Below the pieces are notes generated by a model. It was not told the DNA's origin. It searched no databases and saw only the letters and a list, made by a program, of their open reading frames with translations. Made by a program: the position numbers and the translations under genes. DNA of 64,000 nucleotides, taken from assembly GCA_012295275.1 (NCBI GenBank), contig CM022679.1, positions 23,312,001 through 23,376,000 of the forward strand, written 5' to 3'. Within the stretch, counting starts at the first letter, position 1, and each line of letters starts with the position of its first letter. Origin of the DNA: Chrysomallon squamiferum (Eukaryota > Animalia > Mollusca). Of the stretch, positions 53,397 through 64,000 are shown one piece after another.

Positions 53397-55102
53397 AAAT
53401 TTAGTCATTTAAATGTTCCAGCAAAGTAGCACTTTGATATCGATATTTACCGAACATTCTCGTCTAAATATAATTTTTAAAATATCGTTTCGTCTTCCTT
53501 CTAAATTAAATCTGCATGAAAATGTAGAACCATTGTTAACTTTATCAGATTGGTATAACAATGTAGCATTTGCTCTGGTACTTGAAGCATCAGTGATTTT
53601 TGTTTAAGAAAAATATCGTGTCTGGAAATCAAAAACCATGGGAACCTACTGGCAGGTTAAAGGGAGAGAGAAGGGGTTGAACGTAATGATATGTAATTAT
53701 ACGTATGTTTTACCTGTTGGGTTTGTCAATACTTTTTCTCGCCGGACTAGCTGGTGGCGTGCTGCCCAGAGCTGCTACTCTTTCCAGCGGAGAACAAGGG
53801 GCTTTGCTTGTCGTTTCGGCAGCCCCGACAGATTCAGTTTTAACATTATTATTGTTATTGTTGTTGTTGTTGTTGTTAACCGTAGATTTTATACTGCTTT
53901 CTTCTGTTTGCGGAGTTTCATTATCTTCGACCTTCACCACGGAACAGTCTTTCTTGAAATCCATTGATGCTTTCTCGGCCGAATCCGGTTTATCGTCTCC
54001 TGCTTTCGGACATTCCGAGTCGTCTTTGTTCGCGTCCGAGTCCTCTTCGTCGACTTCTTTATCTGACGTTTTGAATTTGATGGGACTCGGCGTGTCGAAT
54101 TTAATGGGAGAAGCCGGCTTACTGTTTTGTTGGCTGTTGCCTTTCGTAGACCTGTCTGCGTCTAGGTCCGGTTTTTCAATCTCTTGTTCAATGGTTTCTG
54201 CAATTTTGTCCATCAGTGTGGAACAGAGTTGGTTTTCTAGTGACGATGGTGTTTGAACAGCGCTCTTTTTCGTTTCTTTAAGAAGACTCGAGTCAGGTTT
54301 TGCACTAGGCTCACATACTTCACTGGATTCAAATGTTTCACTGATTTCTGAGTTGTTGAATGGTTCATATGTTTTACTAGGGTCAGAATTTGTTACCCGC
54401 TCGATGTCAGAAGTGTTTTTGTCTTCTGCGGCAGAAGAAGGATCGACATCCATTTTTATTTCCTTTATAACCTTATCTGTATCGTCTGCTTTTGTTACAT
54501 CAGAATCTGCGTTGTCGACCTTAACAGAGATTCCATTGGCGACAGATTTCTTCGCTTTCTTCCGCTCATCAGCTGGAGACTCGCTTGTATCCATGTCTTC
54601 ATCTTCCTCGTCATCTTCCTCGTCTTTCTCACCCTGTTCCAGCAGCCTCAGTGGCTGCGGCTTTGGAGTTGCCATCGTTGTTGGGTTCAGTGTCGGAGGA
54701 GTCTGTCGACGATTCCGATTCTGATGAACCATCTGACGAAGACTCGGCAGCCTCTTTGCCTTCGTTTCCCGAATTATTCCGATCATTGCCGTTCTCTTCT
54801 TCTGTTTCTTCGCCATCATCTCCACCACTGTCGGTCCACCCGCCGCTCTCCGAAGCTTCTCCGTTTTCATTTTCGCTTTCGTCTTCTGCACTCCCGTCTT
54901 CAGTGCTGTCCTGATACTCATCTTGTTCCATGGGTTCTGTTTTGCAGTTTTCTCCACTCTCCTTGGCATCTTTTACATTTTTGTCACATTTAGAAATTTT
55001 GTTTTCTCCCGAGCTTTTTACTTTTCTTGGCCGACCTTTTGACTTGGATTTTGCTTTTGCCTTTTTCAACAGCTGTTTTGTCGTCAGGCTTGGTTTGTCG
55101 TC
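47836..55102 (-). CDS. SAMD11: SAM-domain transcriptional corepressor, SAMD7/SAMD11/Samuel-like (5 exons visible, ~1005 aa, 5' end unresolved)
   Basis: Exons 55102-53714, 50887-50685, 49931-49322, 48996-48366 and 48021-47836 are GT-AG bounded. Their phases are compatible if one extra base at ~54633 is removed. C-terminal SAM domain: DDIRTWSVKDVCNFIKRLDGCSVYSE|IFLRFRVDGRTLPLLTTDHLTKSFGMKLGSAL; the DGxTLPLLT signature is typical of SAMD7/11. The symbol marks family resemblance only. Confidence 0.8.
48366..48996 (-). CDS. SAM gene exon (Ser/Pro-rich, ALDLS motif, N-terminal half of SAM)
   Basis: TTACAG| acceptor, GAG|GTAAGT donor; overlaps ORF 48321..48926. Confidence 0.9.
49322..49931 (-). CDS. 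SAM gene exon (Gln/His-rich, helical)
   Basis: TAACAG| acceptor, AG|GTGAGA donor; ORF 49318..49941. Confidence 0.88.
50252..50381 (+). repeat. ~130-bp diverged dispersed element, copy 1
   Basis: Aligns with 57119-57251. Confidence 0.8.
50685..50887 (-). CDS. SAM gene exon (LSSIIDIL motif, Pro/Lys-rich)
   Basis: TTCAG|(TAG) acceptor, G|GTAAGA donor; ORF 50641..50967. Confidence 0.85.
53714..55102 (-). CDS. SAM gene large acidic/low-complexity exon with AT-hook-like KGRPRK; contains an apparent +1 frameshift at ~54633
   Basis: TTTCCAG| acceptor, AG|GTAAAA donor. ORFs 54629..55168 and 53710..54969 join into one continuous acidic protein. Confidence 0.82.
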
Positions 55103-56207
55103 CTGGAAAATTGAGAAAGAAAAAAAACACTTAATAAGCAATATGACCTTTTGTCTACATTTACACATGATTTACTCTCTCTTCTGACACTCTGATGTAT
55201 TACATTTGTTCATTACCAGATTTATTTCAAGCATTAAAATTGTACTAATATACTGATAATAATTATAACAATATCTCACATGTTTTATTTGTAATGTTCA
55301 TTATTTGTATTCTCTATATTTTAAGCCGCAGACCTTAGCAATGGTATAAATTAAACATGAATTTAAACCAACACAAAAAATACAAACATGAATTTAAAAA
55401 AACGCAAATACAGCTATTGAGGCAGACAGTAATTGTAGTTGTGGTGGAGATAAAGATATAGAATTAGTAGACACACTCGTACAAATAGTCATAGTAGTAG
55501 CAGTAATATTAACAATAGTAGCCGTAGCAGCAGCAGTTACATCATCAGTAACAGCAGTAATATTAATAAAAACCATTGCTGTCGTAATAAAGGTAATCGG
55601 TGAAAAGAAAACTTGAAAAGAAATCGAACAAAAGTAAATTCTTTTCGTTTCTAAGAATGTCAACAAACCGCTCAGTTCTCCAGTACACTCACATTCTTAT
55701 TTATTACTTCCTTTAATCGATTTATGCATTAGCCCCGAGTTAAAAGTTTGCTATTTTTCATTTACTCCGTCTCTGAAACACGTTAAAACTTGGAAGGTAA
55801 AGTCATATATCATGTTTGTTTTGTGCTGGATTGACAAAGTAATGATAAAGTCTAAAAGGAATGTTACGTTTAATGATAATTAAAAATGTAGATCAGCCTA
55901 ACATACACGTTTTATTATTCAGTAGCGGATTTGAAATCTAAGTGTTTACATTCGAAAGGTTCCCTTAATACTTTTTATCTTCCCGTGTTTGTTTGTTTTT
56001 TTGTGTTTGTCTGTGGTTGTTTATTAAGGTGTTTTTTTTCTTCTTCTTTTTAAAAAAAAAAAAAAAACAACTTATTCATTTCTTTTTTTAGCTTATTTAT
56101 GAATGTTTATTTTTTCATTACTGGTTTTTTTTTTTCTTTCTTTTTTTGAGGAGATATTTTGTAGTTGTTGACGATGTTGTTGTTAGAATAGTCATGTATG
56201 TCTTAGT

Positions 56208-56238
<31 letters not shown>

Positions 56239-57118
56239 TGTTGCGAATTTGTTGTATTTTACTGAACTACACACACACAGGCACATACACGCTCACCCAC
56301 ATTAACACCCACACATAAGCATAAGACACACACAGACACATTATGACATTACTTCTTAACAGTCCAGCACGCACGCGTTTCTGATCACGTTTCGCGCCAA
56401 ACCTTCTCATTTCAGCGGATAAAGCGGTTGTGCTCGGCTGACAATCTAAAACTGCGCGCTGCAGACGACATCGTATAATCGTTATTTTCCGTAACCGATA
56501 CGTTCATATCTTATCGCGTACGTAATTTATTTATAGGGATAGACATTTGAAGTTTAACGTAGTTTCATTTATTACTTACGATCGAGGTTAAAATATACAG
56601 CGCTTAAATATCGAGTAAACTGACAACAGCTGCACAAGTAATAATAATAATAACAAAAAGAAGAGGAAGAAAAGCAAGAAGAAAAACGATGAAGACAAGG
56701 AAGATGACAAGGAAGAACAAGAGGAATAGAATTAGTAGTTGCAGAATTAATATTAGTAAAAGGAACTGTAGATGTTGTTGTATTTTTTTTTTCAGTTGTT
56801 GCGGTTGCAGTAGTAGTAGCAATTTCAGCAGCACCAGCATAAAATTTGTAATACTTTATATTCTTATTAGTTTTTATTACTGCATTAGACTTGTAAATCT
56901 ATATCTACGACAACAAAGGTATCATATTAACATTTTAAGAGAGACAGAAACTGACAGACAGACAAAGAGAGAGGAGAATCCGTTTCTTTTCGTAATTTTT
57001 TTAATTTTGTTTTTTTTTTTTTTTTTTTTTTTTCTCCCCTGTTGTTGTGTCAAGATATCTTCTAAATAGCACTGTATTTTATTACAAAGTTTAGTACTAG
57101 AATCGGTTTATGTACAAT

Positions 57119-57251
57119 CTACTTAGTGTGAGTTATATTTATCACGTTTTATTGTCGAGAATTGGCATGAAAGCCACGACGCACTCAACCCGATTTCCTA
57201 CCAGGAAACCGATAAAAATGATCTAAGCGGCAGTCACGTGTTATATGACGT
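57119..57251 (+). repeat. ~130-bp diverged dispersed element, copy 2
   Basis: Shares gtgtgagttatatttatcacg, cgagaat, acgcact, cgatttc, aaccgataaaaat, ctaagcg and atgacgt in order. Confidence 0.8.
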
Positions 57252-57340
57252 CACGTCGTCAAGCGTAATCCAAGCGTTTGTTAATGCGCAAGAGATGTCT
57301 GTCCTGGTTAATAATGCTGCGTCTATAACCTAATACGCGT

Positions 57341-57372
<32 letters not shown>

Positions 57373-58224
57373 CCTATCTTTGTTTCTTACGAAAATAATT
57401 TAAAAAAAAAAAATAGATGTTCATCTCTGACGTTTTAAGCTCTCTCCGTTTTTTTTAAAATTCAAATAACTGAACGAAATGAAAGCGACAGAGAGGGGAG
57501 TCAGCCATATCAGTAAAGAAGGAAACAAAAGGAAGAGAAGACGTGATGAAACGAATGAATGAATGACTAAAATATAATAAGAAAAGAAGGAAATATAATC
57601 TGCCTAATTTTAATTAGGAGACATTGGTATTTATTTATTTATTTAACAACATTCATTCATTCTAATCACTATTTAAAAACATCTACATTCAAATTTCAAA
57701 ACTGCCAATAAATAATATAGCAGAGAAAATTACTTGCCTATATTAGTTACCGCCCTGCATAAATAACTAATGATTAGTAACACCATTATTTGACAAATGT
57801 CGAAACTGCACCTTTAACGTAGGTTAAAACAGGTATTATGTTCTTAGTATCCTTGGACATAATTATGGCTGTCTGGTTAGGGCACTTGCCTAACTATGAT
57901 AAAGTTGCAAGATCAGAAGAAGCTTCCCCATCCGGGTTTTTCACCGTCATTACGTCATTACGAATAAGTTTATCAAAGGCGGAAGTTCTTTTTAAAGGGA
58001 AAGTGGGTTTGTTTTGTGTGCTGTTTTTTTTTTTTTTTTTTTTTTTTTATATATATATATATTTGAAATAAAAGACACATGGTCGTATTGTATGCTGTTT
58101 GTCATAATTTTATATCATCGTCATTAGCACCATAAATACTATTGATATTATTATTTTTGTTTTTCTTGTTGTTCTTGTTGTTATTTTTAACGGTATAACT
58201 CTGTTAATATAATTAAGAAATCTT

Positions 58225-58356
<132 letters not shown>

Positions 58357-59123
58357 TAACTATGGGCATCTTAAGCAAGTGACGCACTAAGTCGGCAAAT
58401 CAATCCACGTTATCTTCCAGATTAATTTATGACGGAACTACGTCAATAAAGGCAAATCGATAAAATTACAACGGTAATGCAAGAAACGACAGCCACGTCA
58501 AATAAAACCGTACAAGAGTGCGACCAACCAAGCGATGTAAAATATTAATTATGAAAACCAAACATTTTTAGCCAGATGTGCTGAATATCTCTGGTCGTGG
58601 CATATTATCTTCAGACAGCTATAATATAAACTGAACAAATGGATTTGATATTGGACGACTGTATAAAGGGATTTGCGATCGATTCCCGTCACTTGCTAAG
58701 TTTTTATTTTGATATTTCCAATAAAGCCTCGATAAATGTTTATATAAGTATTTATTATAAAAAGTCTGTGAATAAATAAAAACGAAAATAAATAAATAAA
58801 TAAATAAATAAATATCTAAATCCTGAAACCTATCGGTTCTAAAGTGTACATTTTCATAAGAAAAATAATCAACTAACAGTGAAATGTCCACAACGTGTAT
58901 TCATATCTAAATCAAACTTCTTTTTAAAATATAAATGAAATGAAAATTTTTTAAAATAAATAAATAAATAAATAATAACGATTACATATTCGCACTGATG
59001 GAAAACTTTATTTTTCTGGTTTTTATAGAGAGTAAACCAAAAATTAACAAAACTGCGTTGATTTGAATTCATATTTTAAAAACACAGTATTCAATTTCGA
59101 AGTTTTTTTTATGATTATTTCTT

Positions 59124-59154
<31 letters not shown>

Positions 59155-59645
59155 TTGTTTTTGTTTTTGTTTTTGTTTGTTACGTTGACTGACGATGATG
59201 ATCGTGCTGTAGGATGATAATAATTATGATGAATGTGACCGTGCGCGTGCGTGCACTGTAGCACGTGTAGCCGTCCTTTCCAGGATGAGGATGATAAGAA
59301 GAAGAAAAAGAAGAAGACGATGAAGAAAAAAAAAAAAAAAAAAACTTCCCACTGCAGCCTCGTCCCTGTTAGCGTTTTGCGCACCGCCCGTATAATTATT
59401 TTACAAGACTTCGATTCGCTGACAGTCTCGTGCATTTTAAACGCCGACAGCTGCGTTGCCGCACGCAGCAGACGCAAAAGTGAAGTGTAATGAAAAGGAG
59501 CCCGGTTATTTATTCAAAGTCGTCTACATAACGCGTCAATATATATTAGGAAAATGTGACTGGGATTGTCGATGACCTAACTGTCTGAACGTAACCAGCG
59601 TGACAGACAGTTCGTGACGCGTAATTACGTCACGGAAATGCAACG

Positions 59646-59747
<102 letters not shown>

Positions 59748-60186
59748 TAAATATTTAAAGAGCGAGAGAGAGAGAGAGAGATTTCGTTTTTTTTTAATCA
59801 ATACTTTTACAAAATGGGTTTCATAATAATAAAATTATAGTCAGACTTATTCTCGACACTACCGATGCTCTTTCGAGCAACAACAAAAAATTCCAAAATA
59901 ATTTTCTTTTCTTTTTCAATTTATCGGGCTCCGCTTAAGTCCACAACAATGGACACCATAATAAAATGTCGGATACGCTTTCTTCCTGTTAACAATACAT
60001 TGATTGTGATAAACGAAACTACAGCGATAAAAATATTTTTTTCCGAGCTTTACCGATATTTGGCAAATTGACAAAAACGAGTTTTCTATAGGTTGAAACG
60101 TGTCATACCATACCACTCGGCGTGAAACTGTTTCGCTAATATCAATTTCACTAAACGCTTTACCGTAAACCTCTTATTTTTTGCAT

Positions 60187-60221
<35 letters not shown>

Positions 60222-61055
60222 TATATATATATATATATTTATTTATTTATTTGTTTGTTTGTTTGTTTGAATGTGTGTTTTTTTTATATCTCTTTGTAAA
60301 TCAACAATAGTTTTGTATTAATTGGATTTAAATATTTAACATTATTCACTATTTATATAAATTAGACAAACATTTATTTTCTACTGCCGTGCAATTAAAT
60401 TTAATTAATTATGACGTCTTTTAAACTAACTACATCCCCCGTACCAATCACCGTCACCCCTCCCACCCCACCCCCGTACGAACTCCAAGAGCCGCTCTGA
60501 TTTCGATTCGCAAATATTTCCTTTCCGTGATGACAAAATGACCCTGTTAGATTACCATCGATGTTTTAGCCAGAAGGCAGGCAAGGCAGGCAGCCATTTT
60601 CTGTGAAGTGGGTTTCTTTCAGTAGAGTCTCCTTTGTTAGCGAAAGCTATTTCAACAAATCGCCAAAACGGCTTTCGAAGCCGTGAGAGAATCGCGTGCT
60701 AACGGAAATTTCTTTTCCATTACGGCGTCGCCATGCGAGCGAAGGATGCGGAACACATCGTTAAACTTCGTATAGCTCCGCGCTCGGTCCCGTCGCGTCG
60801 TCTGTTCTCAGTTGATCTCCTCCGGTTGGGATCGGCCATTAACCGTACGAAGATAATAACAAAAGGGTTTTGAGCACGTATGGGAACGATTGCGAACTGC
60901 GCGGGTCTGGCTTAACCGTTATTTATCGAAATTCATCAATCGCTGTCGAAATTTATCGACAAGTCCAAATTGCCAGACTTTGGACTCTTCGTGTCACGAA
61001 ATCTCAGGCAGAGGTTATTCCTGAAAATGGGGGGGGGATTCATTTTACGTCGTTA

Positions 61056-61106
<51 letters not shown>

Positions 61107-61779
61107 AGTATGTGTGTGTGCGTGCGAGCGCAAGTAGGTGCGTGTTTTTGTTATAAGAAATGAAAGATACATCAAAGATGGAAAGTAATTCACTAAATTT
61201 TCAGTTTTAGTAAATTGATGGCCGAAATATTTTAAAGCTATTATTGGCGCATGTTTTGAAATACGACTTTACTTAAAAAAAAATTTAAAAAATTAAAAAA
61301 AAAAATTAAAGTTTTTATAATAATAATTATTATATTTTTTGTTTCAAAAATTAATTTATTTTTATTTTTAGCATCAGTATCATCATCAATATTATCATCA
61401 TCATCATCTGTTATCTTTTATCTTTATTTACGAGTAACAATTCATTTCCAACTAACGATCCTACGGGGGGGATAAGGTTAACACGTCTATTTTCTACATA
61501 AATCTCCATTTTCCTTTCGCTACAGAGTTCACTGAGGTGAATCGAATTCTGTTTGATTCAACCTTCTTGATCAATAAGTAAGAAAATTAAGTCATCTGGG
61601 ACGCACTGTGAGCTCGAATTGTTTGAAACTAATCAATATCGCCTTCGAGATGACGTCTATCGATGACCGGCGTTTGTCAAGAATGTCGTTTACATACACT
61701 CATTTCTCTCTATCTCTGTCTCCTTTCCTTCTTTCTTTTTTTTTTTAATATTTATTTATTTTAACACGCCACAATCTGG

Positions 61780-62210
61780 CACCGAGCCAAAACGGATACT
61801 TTGTTTCTCAAGTAAAAACAGGGCGGAAGTCACGCTCGGCGCCGTAGACTGTTTCTTTAATTCCCAGGCCCCCAGAGTATCGATAATGCAGGCCGTTTCG
61901 GAGGCACGGTCGCAGGTCTAAACAATTATTGTCAATATTAAAACACGGTTCGTTGCCATGGCGACTGACGTAAAAACTTGGGTCAGCACGTGATCGCCCA
62001 ACGTAACTCCCGTTTGTGAAAAATGAACCCTCGAGATTGCCGCGTGCCGATAAGCGCGGTGTTCCGCCTCGCGGAGCTCCGCATCTCGTCTGCAAACTGA
62101 AATGATACGAGGTCGAGGCTATTGTGTGACAAAGTTCACGCGCGCTTCCCCTCCGGGCGCACGCAACCCTAAACTCGTCTCTGCCATTTCCTGTCTTAGG
62201 AGAAAGCGTC
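61780..62210. promoter_or_regulatory. CpG/GC-rich candidate promoter or enhancer (possibly of the SAM gene)
   Basis: The most GC/CpG-rich non-coding segment by eye. ETS-like CGGAAGT at ~61824, RFX X-box-like GTTGCCATGGCGAC at 61952-61965, E-box CACGTG at ~61987, NRF1-like GCGCACGCA at ~62157. Confidence 0.5.
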
Positions 62211-62958
62211 ACAAGAAAAGAAAAAAAAAAAAAAAAATTTTATCCATCAGCTATCGACTTCTTGCCTTTTAACTATCCCCGATAGCAAATATATAAATCA
62301 AACTTGTTTCTGGTGCTAAAAGCCGCTTATAAATAGCACTGTGTTGAGCTTTTGAGAGCGTTATTAATTACAAAACGAGTTATCATAAAAATAAGTCTAA
62401 ATTTAGAAACGGTGACTGATAGGGCTGAGTTTTATTTTTTCTTCAAAGTTACTGAAATAAGTGAGCATTTACGGCGCCGTAATTTGAACAGTTTATAAAT
62501 AATTTTCGACATATGTTTTAGTTAGGTAAAAGAAAAGAAAAACAAAGATATTTTCGTTCACTACGTGGTGTGAAGAAATGCCGAACACAGATAACTAACA
62601 AAATGTTGACCTTGTGTGTCATCTACGGCACATAAATAACGTACTGCTGGAGAAAAACTGCGTATTTAACGATCACGTATGGAAAAATTAATTATTAGTA
62701 ATCCCTTCAACGTAAAAGCGATTATATATATATGTGCCATGTCTGATATAAAGAGAACGAACAATAGAACGACAGACAGAAAGATGAAGATAAATATGGA
62801 GAGAGAAAAAACAACAAAAAAAACAGTCAGGCTCACTATGGCTGTTAATCTTTTGTTTTTCTCTGCATTTTCTGTATTTCTTAAGTATTCATTTGGAATT
62901 TTCAGTACATTTCGTCCTGTTACTGCTGCTGCTGCTACTACTAGTACTGCGTCAATTG

Positions 62959-62989
<31 letters not shown>

Positions 62990-63105
62990 TGATGATGATG
63001 ATGATGATGATAAGTACGTACCGCGATAATTTATATGCGATATTCACTTTTAAATTATATTTACAATTCGATCTGCTTTTCTTGTTGTATGTGTGTGTGT
63101 ATGTA

Positions 63106-63142
<37 letters not shown>

Positions 63143-64000
63143 TCTAAACATCGAGTATGTTTCAGCTGTAAAACAAAACAGTATTTTTTCTTCTCTCGCG
63201 ACCCAGACCGCGCAGTTAAATAAATCTCGAGACGGTTGCGCTGTTGTTGTTGCTGCCGATGTCGTCATTTCGGCGTGTTTTATTAATGCACTGACGCAGC
63301 TCGATACTGCGGATACCGTTTACGACTTTAGACGAGATCTGCTGATACGAATGTCGATGCGGTTGTAAACGACTGATGCAGAATGATGGATTTATGAAAG
63401 CGGCATTAGCGTGCTTCAGGATCGTGTAAAGATTTTATTGTAGGTACACCGCGGTGCGCGCCTTTTGCGGCGCGATTTACCACAAGCATCAGCAGCAAGA
63501 ACAATGGATGTGTTTTTTGCCTTTGATTAATTACAAATGTCCAGTAAATATCAATACGGGAAATAGATGTCTTCCGAATCAACAAATGATATAAATTAAA
63601 CGATAATAGTTGTTTCTAATGATAGAAAGAAAGAAAGAAGAGAAAGAAAGAAAGAAAGAGGAAAGGATGCAAGGAGGGAAGAAAGAAAATATTATGAAAA
63701 TTTAAGAACGAAGAATGAATGAAAGAAAATGGGAAGGACGGAATGCCAGGGAAAAAAAAAAATAATAATAAAAAGCAAGAAAGAAATGTGTAAAAATAGA
63801 AAGAAAAGCTGAAACACGAAAAAACGAATAAAAATTGGCGAATAAAGAAGAAAGGAGAAAAAGTTCCCAAATGAAGGCAACAACGAAAGAAAGAAAAAGA
63901 CAGAAAGAAGAATGAATGAATGAATGAATGAATGAAAATAAAGTCCAAAAGTAAAGACGTGAAAAGAGAAAGAAAGAAAACTAAGAAGTGAAAGAAAGAA

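Noticed and set aside
53638-55187. Plus-strand ORFs opposite the large SAM-gene exon (likewise those at 48463-49938)
   Set aside because: Antisense shadows of GC-richer coding exons; the splice signals support only the minus strand.
61808-62212. 134-aa minus-strand ORF in the GC-rich block
   Set aside because: Non-ATG start, Arg/Gly composition typical of CpG-rich non-coding DNA, and no splice link to the SAM gene.

Overview
This is AT-rich, microsatellite-dense eukaryotic (invertebrate) genomic DNA. The composition suggests a mollusc/cephalopod, but that is a low-confidence guess. Nearly all supplied ORFs are translations of simple repeats; I assembled the real genes by hand from splice sites. 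(1) At 1749-2479 (+) is a compact two-exon gene with a TATA box, Inr and polyA signal. It encodes a 24-aa signal peptide followed by about 107 aa made almost entirely of Gly/His repeats. This is the most novel-looking element, and it lies between two diverged copies of a ~70-bp sequence. (2) At about 13158-36581 (+) is a secretase-type rhomboid intramembrane serine protease (RHBDL1/3-like, N-terminal EF-hand-like region, catalytic GASGG and AHLMG). It has several candidate alternative first exons, a 24-nt microexon, an in-frame duplicated splice acceptor and one corrupted exon. (3) At 55102-47836 (-), convergent with the rhomboid, is a ~1000-aa SAMD7/SAMD11/Samuel-like SAM-domain corepressor whose 5' end is unresolved. 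A CTCF-like motif lies between the convergent genes, near a visible switch from CpG-depleted to CpG-rich DNA. All three genes carry an apparent frameshift, most likely assembly error. I found no rRNA, tRNA, CRISPR array or transposase.
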